A stretch of DNA of 64,000 nt from an uncultured Gemmatimonadaceae bacterium (lineage in GTDB: Bacteria > Gemmatimonadota > Gemmatimonadetes > Gemmatimonadales > Gemmatimonadaceae), in contig CAVUDW010000003.1 in the NCBI GenBank assembly GCA_963740355.1, forward strand, positions 2,496,001-2,560,000, written 5' to 3'. The stretch's first letter is position 1. Each line of letters opens with the position of its first letter. Position numbers and translations under genes: made by a program. This document shows, piece after piece, positions 29,871-39,363 of the stretch. The notes beneath the pieces were generated by a model. It was not told where the DNA came from. It did not search any database and saw only the letters and a program-made list of their open reading frames with translations.

Positions 29871-30723
29871 TTCATCGGGCGGCGTGGACGCTTCGGATGC
29901 GCGAGGTGACCGGCTCGAGTTCCTGAGCGGCGTGCTGCGCGCGAAGTTCGAGTCGCGGAGCGAAGTCGGGAATCATTCCGCGCATGGCAAGCTGCGCGAC
30001 ATGCGGCTCGTCGAGCCCATTGTGCGCGAGGCTGTGTGGACTGACGAGCCCGTGGTGCGTGGTGATGACCTGTTCGACGACACGCTCGTCGACGGATTGT
30101 CGGCGGCACGCGTGTTGACCAACGACGGCATCGTGCGCGAGGTCGAGCGTCTCGAGGATGTGCGGCTGTCGCAGGTGTCGCTGACGAATGTGCACAAGCT
30201 CGGCGAGCGTCTGGTCGGTGATATCGAAGCGCGCGTGACCGCGGTACGCCGCATCGTTGTGCCGCCGCCTACGCCACCGCCTGTCGTTCTCGCGCCGTCG
30301 GTGCAGGTGCCCGTGCCGACGCTCACGGCCGAAGTGCAGGAATTTCCAGCGCGTGATTCCTGGAAGACACCGCCCTCGTTGCCCGCCGTCGATCGCGTCA
30401 ACAACTCGGCCCTCGACAATGGTGTCGGCTGCCTGACCAAGTCCACTGAAACCGTGATCGCGATGCTGATCTTCGGCGTCGTGGCACTGGCCGCTTTGTG
30501 GCTTGCGTCGGCCGTGTTTTCGTTCGTCTACGACATCCTCATCGCGGCGTGGGATCGGACTGGAATCGGGAGTGTATCGCCCGATGTCTTTCCGGCACCG
30601 GTGTCAGGTTGGGCGCGGTGGTGGGGGCAGCACATCCATCCGCTGGGGCAGATCCTGATCGTGGTGGTGGCGGCGTATGTGTTGTTCGGGTGGAAGAAGT
30701 TTTCGCGGTGGCGGTGGCGCTGA
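29857..30723 (+). CDS. Hypothetical protein with Pro-rich linker and two C-terminal TM helices
   Basis: ORF overlaps the end of the DUF4407-like gene; hydrophobic C-terminus. Confidence 0.5.
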   Translation: MRSPDSSGGVDASDARGDRLEFLSGVLRAKFESRSEVGNHSAHGKLRDMRLVEPIVREAVWTDEPVVRGDDLFDDTLVDGLSAARVLTNDGIVREVERLEDVRLSQVSLTNVHKLGERLVGDIEARVTAVRRIVVPPPTPPPVVLAPSVQVPVPTLTAEVQEFPARDSWKTPPSLPAVDRVNNSALDNGVGCLTKSTETVIAMLIFGVVALAALWLASAVFSFVYDILIAAWDRTGIGSVSPDVFPAPVSGWARWWGQHIHPLGQILIVVVAAYVLFGWKKFSRWRWR

Positions 30724-30757
30724 CAGCAGGAACGCATCTGCCGCGAACCGCGACTGT

Positions 30758-31240
30758 TCATTCCAACCGGAGCTCTCTCGGTTCATCGTTGCGCGGCGAC
30801 ACGACTGCCATGTCCAGTTCCGGTGCCAGCTCGTCGAGCTCGTGCTCGAGTATCGAGATCTGGAGCATCGAGTTCAGTTGCAACTGAACGACGCCACCGC
30901 TGATCAAGTTGGCTTCATTTGCGGCGGCGTCGAAGATCGCCGGAAACGTCTTGCGCAGCATGGCAATCCGCGAGCCGGTGAGCGGCAGTCGCAGCGATAC
31001 CAGCAGCGACACGTCGGTCACGTCAAACGCGATCAGTCCGCCGACCGTCATGTCTTCGAACAGGACCCTGCGTTCGGCGGCGCAGCGACCGAGTGCTGAT
31101 GCAACCACCATTTGGTCGCGGCCGTCGACGATGAAGACGTGTTTGTCACACTCGTTGCAGTGGCGGGCCCTCTCGGAGTTCGTGGGAGCGAGTTCATCCC
31201 AGTCTTTACCGCAAACGAAGTGAAAGTCGCAAAGGGCCAT
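30758..31240 (-). CDS. Hypothetical Cys-rich protein (CxxxW..RHCxxCxKxV)
   Basis: ORF with a probable metal-binding N-terminus: CGKDWDELAPT..RHCNECDKHV. Confidence 0.55.
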   Translation of the reverse strand: MALCDFHFVCGKDWDELAPTNSERARHCNECDKHVFIVDGRDQMVVASALGRCAAERRVLFEDMTVGGLIAFDVTDVSLLVSLRLPLTGSRIAMLRKTFPAIFDAAANEANLISGGVVQLQLNSMLQISILEHELDELAPELDMAVVSPRNDEPRELRLE

Positions 31241-31409
31241 GGCTGTTTGCTCCGTTCGACGCAGTGGCTGTGACGCAGTGGTGAAGGAAATCTGTCTTCT
31301 GCCACCGACAGCCGAGGTCCGCCTCCCTCCCTCCCCCCGAACTCGCGCAGACTCGCGGCCGCTTCGCCCCTAAGTCTGCGTGAGCAAGGAGATTCAGCTT
31401 TCCGATCGA

Positions 31410-32012
31410 CTACGGATGAAACACCAACCCGAGTGACAACCCACCAGCGCCCAGCGTGTTGTCAGCCACGGCGACCGAATTGCCGTTCAGCTTCGCATCA
31501 TTGATCTTGCCGCCGGCGGCGCTCCAGACGATTTCAAGCGCGACGGCCTTGTTGAAGTGCACCTGTCCGCCGAGTGCGAGGGTCAGCATGCCGGCGCGCT
31601 GTTCGAAGCGGCCGCTGCCGAAGTCGGTGCGTTCGTTGTAGCCCGCGAAGCCCACGTCGAAGAAGGGACGGAACTGGTTCGAGCGGCGGCGGAACGTGTA
31701 GCGGTAGGTGAGGTCGACCTGTGCGAAGTTCGGCTTCGGTGCATCCAGGTCCAGCGTGCCGCCCTGCAGCCGCAGCGCGATGCCGGAATGTTCGTTGAAG
31801 CCGCCGTGCAGCACGATGCCGGCCGAGCTACCGTAGACCGCGTCGTTCTTCTGGCCTTCGACGGTGGACGTGAAGGCACGCGAAGCGCCGAAGACGCCGA
31901 TCGAGAAACCGTCGGCCGTGGACCTGGCCTGGGCGGAGGCGATCTGTGCGGTGGCGAGCGTTGCGAAGGCGTAGACGCCGGCGACGGCGAGCTTACGAAG
32001 ACTTGGGGTCAT
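31410..32012 (-). CDS. Small outer-membrane beta-barrel protein
   Basis: AAGGA RBS before ATG 32012, signal peptide, RPFFDVGFAG strand, C-terminal LGLVFHP. Confidence 0.75.
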   Translation of the reverse strand: MTPSLRKLAVAGVYAFATLATAQIASAQARSTADGFSIGVFGASRAFTSTVEGQKNDAVYGSSAGIVLHGGFNEHSGIALRLQGGTLDLDAPKPNFAQVDLTYRYTFRRRSNQFRPFFDVGFAGYNERTDFGSGRFEQRAGMLTLALGGQVHFNKAVALEIVWSAAGGKINDAKLNGNSVAVADNTLGAGGLSLGLVFHP

Positions 32013-32160
32013 GAATTCCTTGTGTGTGTAGGTGGCAGGAGACTGGTCCAGGAGCGGCGAGGTCACTCGCGCTCGATGGGTTCGCCCTGCAGCCATGTCG
32101 TGTCGAGGCTGCAGGCGCTTCAGCCCATACACCGCTCGCGGCCGTCGGGGTCGGCGAGCG

Positions 32161-33081
32161 CTACCGCCAAGCCGCCAGCGTCGCCCCCGCCGCCTGCTCC
32201 AGCAGTGGCGGCACCAGCGGATGCTGATACTGCCGACGCACGCTGATCGCGTAGAACTCCTCGTAGAGGTGCGGCACCACCGCGTACTCCTCCAGCACCC
32301 CCGACCGCAGCTCGTCGATCACGACCACCGCCGGCACCAGCGCCACCGCATTGCTGTCGCGCGCCAGCAGTCGCAGCATCGCCATGTCATCCACCTCGGC
32401 CGCCACATTCACGCGAATCCCCAGCTGCTCGCAGAGCAGGTCGAAGGCGTTGCGGATGTCGCTGTCCCGGCTCGGCAGGATCAGCGGCACCTCGGCGAGG
32501 TCGTCGGGATACCGAAAAGGCGTGCCATGCCTCGGCGGACCGACCAGACTCACCTGCTGCCGCGCAATCCGTCGGCACCGCCACGCCGTGCCGGCATCCT
32601 CCTGCACTCGACGATTCGACAGCACCAGGTCCAGCGTGTGCGACTCGAGGTTCGCCAGCAGCTCACGAAGTGAGCCCGAATGGAGCACCAGCTCCACATC
32701 CGGCTTGCCCACCAGCGGCGCGAGGAAGCCGCGCTGGAAGTTGCGTGACAACGTCGCCACCGCCCCCACACGCAACACTTCGCGCTCCTGCCGCCGCCCC
32801 TCACGCAGCGTGGCCACCAGCGCGTTGCCGGCGTCGGCGATCGTGTCGGCATAACCCAGCGCAATGCGGCCCGCCTCGGTCAGTGCCAGCGTCTTCCCCT
32901 GCCGACTGAACAGCGGCTGGCCCAGCTGCACTTCCAGCTGCCGGATCTGCGTCGACAGCGCCGAGGGCGCGACGTTCAGCTGCTGCGCCGCACGGGTCAG
33001 GTTCCCCTCGTGGGCCACCGCACGGAAGTAGTGCAGGTGGTGGTAGTTGAGGCGGAGCGGTGTGGCTGCTGACTGTTCCAT
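32161..33081 (-). CDS. LysR family regulator (NhaR-like), divergent from dabBA
   Basis: LNYHHLHYFRAVAHEGNLTRAA..LSTQIRQLE HTH; AEVDDMAMLRLLA. Confidence 0.93.
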   Translation of the reverse strand: MEQSAATPLRLNYHHLHYFRAVAHEGNLTRAAQQLNVAPSALSTQIRQLEVQLGQPLFSRQGKTLALTEAGRIALGYADTIADAGNALVATLREGRRQEREVLRVGAVATLSRNFQRGFLAPLVGKPDVELVLHSGSLRELLANLESHTLDLVLSNRRVQEDAGTAWRCRRIARQQVSLVGPPRHGTPFRYPDDLAEVPLILPSRDSDIRNAFDLLCEQLGIRVNVAAEVDDMAMLRLLARDSNAVALVPAVVVIDELRSGVLEEYAVVPHLYEEFYAISVRRQYQHPLVPPLLEQAAGATLAAWR

Positions 33082-33122
33082 AAAACAGAACGTGATTGAC
33101 TGAAAGATGTATTTTACAGAAC
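33075..33122. promoter_or_regulatory. Putative LysR binding region in the divergent lysR/dabB promoter
   Basis: Dyad GTTC-N9-GAAC (33075-33091, contains T-N11-A) overlaps the lysR start; ACAGAACG is repeated about 31 nt downstream in an AT-rich patch. Confidence 0.55.
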
Positions 33123-33165
33123 GAACATGCATTCCTAGGTTCCGGGTTGTCTACCCCTGCCAGGA

Positions 33166-34785
33166 ATGCCGATGCCAGTCTCGACCGTTCTGCTGCTGCT
33201 GGTCCCGCTCACGTATCTGATCGCCGCGCTGCTCCCTGAGCGTCTCTTCGCCCGGGTGCCTCAGCGCCGTTGGACTGCGTCCCTGAGCGCGACCGCACTC
33301 TGCGCGCTGCTCGCCCTTGCCGCCACTGCGACGCTCATCGCGCGCGGACCGGCGGTCGACAGCCTCGCGCTGCCAGGCTTCGCCGACCTCGAGATCGGAC
33401 TCCGCCTCGACCCGCTCACCGCGGTCATGCTGGTGCTGATCACCGGCGTGGCGGGACTGATTCTCCGCTTCTCCGATCGCTACCTCGCCGGCGAACAGGG
33501 TCGGTCACGGTACGTCCGCTGGTTCCTCGCGACGATGGCCTCAGTCTCGCTCCTCGTCATCACCAACGACCTGATCGTGCTGGCGCTGGCGTGGATGGTG
33601 TCGAGCCTGACGCTGCACCAGCTGCTCGTATTCTACGGTGATCGCGCACCGGCGCTGATCGCCGCCCACAAGAAATTCCTGCTCAGCCGCGTGGCCGATG
33701 TCGTCATCTTCGCCGCGGTCGTGATGATCTGGCGCAGCATGGGCACACAGCGTATCGACGAGCTGATGGCGCAAGCGGCCGCGATGGAGCAGATGCCCGC
33801 CGCGGTGAAGCTGGCTGGCCTGCTGCTCGTCACCGGTGTCGGCATCCGCTCGGCGCAGCTCCCGTTCCACGGCTGGCTGATCCAGGTGATGGAAGCACCC
33901 ACGCCCGTGTCGGCCTTCCTGCACGCCGGCATCGTCAACGTCGGCGGCTTCGTGCTGATCCGGTTGTCAGGGCTGCTCGGCCGACTGGATGGCGCACAGA
34001 CGCTGCTCGTCGTCGCCGGTACCTGCACCGCGGTGCTCGCCGCGCTGGTGATGACGACGCGCGTGAGCGTGAAGGTCTCACTCGCCTGGTCCACCTGCGC
34101 GCAGATGGGCTTCATGCTCCTCGAGTGCGGACTCGGCGCCTACGGCCTCGCCCTGCTGCACCTCGTCGCCCACTCACTCTACAAGGCGCACGCGTTCCTC
34201 TCGTCTGGACGCGCCGTCGAGCAGCAACTTGTTCGCCGCATGACACCCACCGCGACGCGCACCACCGGGTTCCAGTGGGTTTCCGGTGCCGTCGCGGCGG
34301 CGGCCATCGTGCTCACGCTCGGCCACGCTCTGGGGCTGCGAATGGATGGTGAGACAGGATCACGCGCCGCCGCGCTGATCTTGTCGCTCGCACTCGCTCC
34401 GCTCTTCGTGAGCGGCATCTCGAATGGCGGTCGCTCTCTGCTTCGCGCGACACTCGGCGCGGTGATCCTCGTCGCCAGCTACGCACTCGGCCACGAACTG
34501 TTCACGACCCTCGCACCCGACGTGAGCGGCTCTCCAATGATGGACGCCACCCGACTCGCCGTCGTCGCCATCGCATTCGGCGCGCTGTATGTCGTGCAAG
34601 CGACCATCGCGACGCAGCCCAGCGGCCGTCTCGCCCGTGCGCTCTACCCCGCGTGTTTCGCCGGCTTCTATCTCGACGAGATCTGGACGCGCCTCACCTT
34701 CCGCATCTGGCCCCCACGCGCGCTGCCCGTCACGCCACGCGTCGCCACCGCTGGCATGCCGATGCTGCGCGAGGTGCGCGCATGA
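33166..34785 (+). CDS. dabB: DAB inorganic-carbon pump membrane subunit (NuoL/MrpA-like)
   Basis: Polytopic; RSAQLPFHGWLIQVMEAPTPVSAFLHAG, STCAQMGFM, AHSLYKAHAFL; ATGA overlap with dabA and no other nuo genes nearby. Confidence 0.88.
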   Translation: MPMPVSTVLLLLVPLTYLIAALLPERLFARVPQRRWTASLSATALCALLALAATATLIARGPAVDSLALPGFADLEIGLRLDPLTAVMLVLITGVAGLILRFSDRYLAGEQGRSRYVRWFLATMASVSLLVITNDLIVLALAWMVSSLTLHQLLVFYGDRAPALIAAHKKFLLSRVADVVIFAAVVMIWRSMGTQRIDELMAQAAAMEQMPAAVKLAGLLLVTGVGIRSAQLPFHGWLIQVMEAPTPVSAFLHAGIVNVGGFVLIRLSGLLGRLDGAQTLLVVAGTCTAVLAALVMTTRVSVKVSLAWSTCAQMGFMLLECGLGAYGLALLHLVAHSLYKAHAFLSSGRAVEQQLVRRMTPTATRTTGFQWVSGAVAAAAIVLTLGHALGLRMDGETGSRAAALILSLALAPLFVSGISNGGRSLLRATLGAVILVASYALGHELFTTLAPDVSGSPMMDATRLAVVAIAFGALYVVQATIATQPSGRLARALYPACFAGFYLDEIWTRLTFRIWPPRALPVTPRVATAGMPMLREVRA

Positions 34786-37298
34786 CGCCCAACACGATGA
34801 CGGACAGCACGGTTGCGAACAGCACTACCGGCACCAACACCAGCGCCAGCACCATGACGAACGCCACACTCATCTCCGCCGATGTCGAACAAGCGATCAC
34901 GAGCGCCTGTGATCGCATCGCACCATCCTGGCCACTCGATCGCCTCATCGCGGTGAACCCCTTCTGGGGCTTCGTGGACGCGCCGATCGAGCACGCCGCC
35001 GCTCAGTTGTCCGCGCTGTCCGGAGCCACGCTGCTGATGCCTCGCACCTGGTATCGCGAGCAGTTCACTGCCGGGCGATTCAGCGAGCGGCATGTCGCGC
35101 AGGCGATCGCGATCACCGGTGCCACACGGACTGCGGCCGAGGTGCTCGCGACGCTCCAGCGCGACGCGTCGGCGCCGGCGCAGTGGCGATTGATGACCGA
35201 CGCCGCCGACGTTGGTCGTGATCTCGGCCATGCGATGCCGTGGACCGAGTACGTGACGCGTCATGTAAGCCAGACCTGCGCCGCCTACTTCGACGAGGGC
35301 CAGGCACGCTGGACGCCGGTTCGCGCCGAGGGCCTGTATCCACTGTGGCGTGAGCTCTCGATGCATGACGGTGGCCCACGACTGCTGATGGCGTTGCACC
35401 GCTTCCGCGAGGCCGCCGCGACACTGCCCGCCGATCCGCGTGTCTTGATAGCTGAAGCGCTGCAAGCGCTCGAGGTGCGGAGTGAGTTGCGGGATCAGTA
35501 TCTCACCGCGTTGCTGCTTTCGGTGAATGGCTGGGCATCCGTCTGCGCCTTCCGCCGTTGGGAAGCGCGACCCGCGTCGGGTGATGACGACCAGCTCGTG
35601 CACCTGCTCGCGGTGCGTCTTGCGTGGGAGCTGATATTGCTGCGACTCAGCACCTCGACGAAGACGCCCGACGCGTGGCGCGCTGCGAAGGCCGACTGGG
35701 CGTCGGCCGAATCGATGATGCTGCGCGCGCAGGGTGATGAATGGCTGCTGCAGCGGGCGTGCGAGATCGCGTATCAGGAGGGAGTGACTCGCGCACTCAC
35801 GGAGGCGATGCACGCACCAGCCGAGCCGAAGCCCTCGCCCACTGCCCAGGCGGTCTTCTGCATCGACGTCCGCTCCGAGGTATTCCGTCGTTCACTCGAG
35901 CGTGTCGCGCCGTCGGTGCAGACGCTCGGGTTTGCCGGATTCTTCGGCCTGCCCATCGCGTACCAGCCCCTCAGCGGTCCCGCCCGTGCGCAGCTGCCTG
36001 GTCTGTTGTCGCCCGCGATGATCGTGGAAGATGCCGGCGCCGAGCGATCGTCGGCCAGCGCTGACACCCGCCGAGCGCTTGGTGACAGCGCATCGTGGAA
36101 GTCGCTCGGTGCCACTGCGGCGTCGGCGTTCTCGTTCGTCGAAGCCACCGGCATCGCGGCTGCCGCGAAGCTCGTGCGCGATGGATTCGGACTGGGCGCC
36201 AGCACTGGTGACACGCTGCGCTCGCCGTCCACGTCACACGCGACGCTCCGCCCCGAGCTCGCGCGTCGCGCTGACGGCAGCGCCGTGCCACTGGAGGCAC
36301 GTGTTGCGCTGGCTGCGGGCATTCTCGGTGCGATGAGCCTGAAGAGCGGCTCCGCTCCGGTGTTGGCGCTGATCGGTCACGGTGCGTCCACCGAGAACAA
36401 TCCGCTAGCTGCGGGTTTGCATTGCGGCGCTTGTGGTGGCCAGACCGGCGAGGTGAACGCGCGCGCGCTCGCCGCGCTGCTCAATGATGCGGATGTGCGG
36501 GCAGGCCTCGTCACGACGGGCATCGATCTTGGCGACACGCTTGTCGTCGCCGGCTTGCACGACACCACTACGGACGAAGTCACGCTCTACGATCTCGATC
36601 GTGTGCCGGCATCACACACTCCGCTGATCGCCGCGTTGAAGTCGCAGTTCGCCGACGCCGGCATCGGTGCTCGGCGTGAGCGCGCCCAGTCGCTTGGCCT
36701 CGCGCGTGTTGGTGACGATGCCCTCGAGCGCTCCGTCCGTCATCGCTCACGTGACTGGGCCGAGGTGCGTCCCGAGTGGGGGCTGGCCGGCAATGCCGCG
36801 TTCTTCGTGGCACCACGCGAACGTACAGCGTCGATAGACCTGCAGGGTCGGTCATTCCTGCACGAGTACGACTGGCGGCAGGACACTGGGTTCAAGGTGC
36901 TCGAGCTGATCCTCACCGCGCCGATGGTCGTGACGCACTGGATCAACCTCCAGTACTACGCCTCCGTGGTGGACCCGCTCCGCTACGGCAGCGGCAACAA
37001 GGTGCTGCACAACGTGGTGGGTGGTCGAGTTGGTGTGATGGAGGGGGCCGGTGGGGACCTGCGGATCGGGCTGGCGATGCAGTCGGTTCACGATGGGCAG
37101 CGGTGGATGCATGAACCGCTGCGGTTGTCGGTGTTCGTGGAGGCGCCGGCGGAGGCGATTGATGAAATCATCGCGCGGCATGCGGCGGTGCGGAGCCTGG
37201 TGGAGAATGAGTGGTTGTTCCTGCACCGGATTGATTCGGTGACGGGGGGTGTTGCGCAGTGGCGGCGTGGGGGGTGGGTTGAAGGCGTGAACGTGTGA
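34782..37298 (+). CDS. dabA: DAB inorganic-carbon pump beta-carbonic-anhydrase-like subunit (DUF2309/UPF0753)
   Basis: IAPSWPL..AVNP, FCIDVRSE (Cys/Asp ligands), GHG..NNP..CGACGG (His/Cys ligands), DWAEVRPEWGLAGNA, GSGNKVLHN, HEPLRL. Confidence 0.93.
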   Translation: MTPNTMTDSTVANSTTGTNTSASTMTNATLISADVEQAITSACDRIAPSWPLDRLIAVNPFWGFVDAPIEHAAAQLSALSGATLLMPRTWYREQFTAGRFSERHVAQAIAITGATRTAAEVLATLQRDASAPAQWRLMTDAADVGRDLGHAMPWTEYVTRHVSQTCAAYFDEGQARWTPVRAEGLYPLWRELSMHDGGPRLLMALHRFREAAATLPADPRVLIAEALQALEVRSELRDQYLTALLLSVNGWASVCAFRRWEARPASGDDDQLVHLLAVRLAWELILLRLSTSTKTPDAWRAAKADWASAESMMLRAQGDEWLLQRACEIAYQEGVTRALTEAMHAPAEPKPSPTAQAVFCIDVRSEVFRRSLERVAPSVQTLGFAGFFGLPIAYQPLSGPARAQLPGLLSPAMIVEDAGAERSSASADTRRALGDSASWKSLGATAASAFSFVEATGIAAAAKLVRDGFGLGASTGDTLRSPSTSHATLRPELARRADGSAVPLEARVALAAGILGAMSLKSGSAPVLALIGHGASTENNPLAAGLHCGACGGQTGEVNARALAALLNDADVRAGLVTTGIDLGDTLVVAGLHDTTTDEVTLYDLDRVPASHTPLIAALKSQFADAGIGARRERAQSLGLARVGDDALERSVRHRSRDWAEVRPEWGLAGNAAFFVAPRERTASIDLQGRSFLHEYDWRQDTGFKVLELILTAPMVVTHWINLQYYASVVDPLRYGSGNKVLHNVVGGRVGVMEGAGGDLRIGLAMQSVHDGQRWMHEPLRLSVFVEAPAEAIDEIIARHAAVRSLVENEWLFLHRIDSVTGGVAQWRRGGWVEGVNV

Positions 37299-37503
37299 AG
37301 AGGCGGATCATGCCGCTGAGATAAAGGGTTGCCGTAGACCCAGACGGAGACTCGGCGCGTGACCGTGGCTTCGATCGGCGCATAGTCTGGCATCGCGATC
37401 TTGATGACTTGCTGTCCTTGCGCTGCATCGTTGTCAGACCCCGTTGCCAGATTGTACGCAGAGGTTCATTCGGTTAACGCTACTCTCGAGAGTTCGTGCG
37501 CGA

Positions 37504-39267
37504 ATGTACGACCCAACAATTGAGTTGAATCGCTGGCTCGTCCCCGGGACCCCGCTCCAGGCCGGCGAATATCCCGGCGGCAAGGACACCACCGTCGCCC
37601 GCGCCAAGCTCGAGGCGCTGCTGGCGATGGGCACTGACACCATCATCGACCTCACCGAAACGCGCGACAACTTGCGCGACTACCAGGACCTGCTTCGCAC
37701 GTTGCCGAACGGTCGGTTTGTGAAGCTTTTGCGTGCACCGATCGCTGATGTCGGCGTGACCGAGCCCGCGCGCATTCACTTCATTCTCGATGTGATCGAG
37801 GCGGCGCTCGACGCGCAGCAGCGTGTCTACCTGCATTGCTGGGGCGGCGCAGGACGGACCGGAATGATTGCCGGCTGCCTGATGGTGCGACGTGGTATGT
37901 CATCGGACGCTGCGCTGGCCGAGGTGGCGTCAGGCTGGAAGTCGATGCCAAAGTCGAAGCTGCCGCATCACAAGAATCGCACCTCGCCGGAGACCGACGC
38001 GCAGAAGGATGTCGTGCGGAAGTGGGCCGACCATGAAGCCACGCGCCGCGCGCGGCGAGGCGAGAGTGCTCGGATTACCAGTGCAGTGGCGAACGACCAT
38101 AGTCGCGACACACCCGAGCGCGCCGACCTTCGACGCCGCGTGCGCGGCTGCCTGCTGGGCGGCGCCCTTGGTGACGCGCTCGGCCTCCCAGTCGAGTTCA
38201 AGTCGTACGCAGAGATCCAGAAGATTTATGGTCCCGGCGGCGTGCGCGAGCTCGCGCTCGATATGAACCTCGGCGCCGCACCCATCAGCGACGACACGCA
38301 GATGACGCTGTTCACCGCTGAGGGGATGCTGCGCGGCATCAACCGCGGCAATCACAGGGGAGTCGGCGGTCCAAGCAGTTGCATGACGCAAGCGTACCTG
38401 CGCTGGCTCGTGACACAGGGGCACATGTTGCCCAAGGACGGTGTCTTCCCTCCCGATCTCGTGCTTGGCTGGGCCGCCGCGAAGGGGCCGCTCAGCACAC
38501 CCGAGCCTACGGACCTCGTGGACTTCGACGGTCGGCACCCAGGCTGGCTGGTTCGCGTGAAGCGGCTGCACGCGCAGCGGGCGCCAGGCACGACGTGCAT
38601 CGGCTCCCTGCTGAAGGGTGGCATTCAGGGCAATCAGGTCTGGGCGAATGACCGGAAGGGTAACGGCGGCGTGATGCGCATCGCGCCGGTCGGGCTGTTT
38701 CCGAAGGCCGGTGAGGACACCGTGTTCGAGCTTGGGTGCGAGGCGGCGGGGATCACGCATGGGCATCCAACTGGGCGACTCACGGCGGGTGTGTTCGCGC
38801 TGATGATCCTGAAGCTGATCCACGGCCGGACGATTCGTGAGGCGGTGGCGGTTGCGTACGAGCGTGTGCAGCGGGAGGCGGAGCATCAGGAGACTTCGGC
38901 TGCGATGTCTGCTGCTCTCGTGTTGTTCGACTCGGGCGTTCGGCCGACGCCGGCGGTAGTCGAGTCACTGGGCGGCGGGTGGATCGCGGAGGAGGCGCTC
39001 GCGATCTCGATCTACTGTGCGCTACTCGGTGAGGTGGCCGAGGATGCGGAAGCGGCGATGCTGCTGGCTGTCAATCATGGTGGGGATAGTGACAGTACCG
39101 GGAGCATGACGGGGCAGTTGTTGGGGGCGCGGTTTGGGGACGAGGTTTTGCCGGCCCGGTGGAGAGCGGTCGTTGAGTTGCGCGATGTGATCGAGCAGGT
39201 GGCGGATGATGTGGTGACCGAGTGGCGAGAGGATGGGGAGTGGTGGGGGAGGTATCCGGGGTATTGA
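37504..39267 (+). CDS. Fusion of a Cys-based (PTP/dual-specificity) phosphatase and an ADP-ribosylglycohydrolase (DraG/ARH)
   Basis: N-terminal PIAD loop and HCWGGAGRTG (CX5R); C-terminal GDALG, SDDTQMT, GNGGVMR, THGHP, GDSDSTGS; one open frame. Confidence 0.9.
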   Translation: MYDPTIELNRWLVPGTPLQAGEYPGGKDTTVARAKLEALLAMGTDTIIDLTETRDNLRDYQDLLRTLPNGRFVKLLRAPIADVGVTEPARIHFILDVIEAALDAQQRVYLHCWGGAGRTGMIAGCLMVRRGMSSDAALAEVASGWKSMPKSKLPHHKNRTSPETDAQKDVVRKWADHEATRRARRGESARITSAVANDHSRDTPERADLRRRVRGCLLGGALGDALGLPVEFKSYAEIQKIYGPGGVRELALDMNLGAAPISDDTQMTLFTAEGMLRGINRGNHRGVGGPSSCMTQAYLRWLVTQGHMLPKDGVFPPDLVLGWAAAKGPLSTPEPTDLVDFDGRHPGWLVRVKRLHAQRAPGTTCIGSLLKGGIQGNQVWANDRKGNGGVMRIAPVGLFPKAGEDTVFELGCEAAGITHGHPTGRLTAGVFALMILKLIHGRTIREAVAVAYERVQREAEHQETSAAMSAALVLFDSGVRPTPAVVESLGGGWIAEEALAISIYCALLGEVAEDAEAAMLLAVNHGGDSDSTGSMTGQLLGARFGDEVLPARWRAVVELRDVIEQVADDVVTEWREDGEWWGRYPGY

Positions 39268-39363
39268 CTTGCGTTCGAGAAAAGGACTCGTGAGATGCTA
39301 GACGAATGGACCGTTCCTAAATGCGACAGCCAAGCTCTGCGCTGATGCGAGTTGAGTAGAATC

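Noticed and set aside
33166..34785. Complex I nuoL or Mrp antiporter subunit
   Set aside because: It is translationally coupled to a DUF2309 gene with no other nuo/mrp genes, which is the DAB arrangement.
5496..37298. Calvin-cycle locus (tkt plus dabBA)
   Set aside because: The genes are about 26 kb apart, with no RuBisCO, phosphoribulokinase or carboxysome genes.
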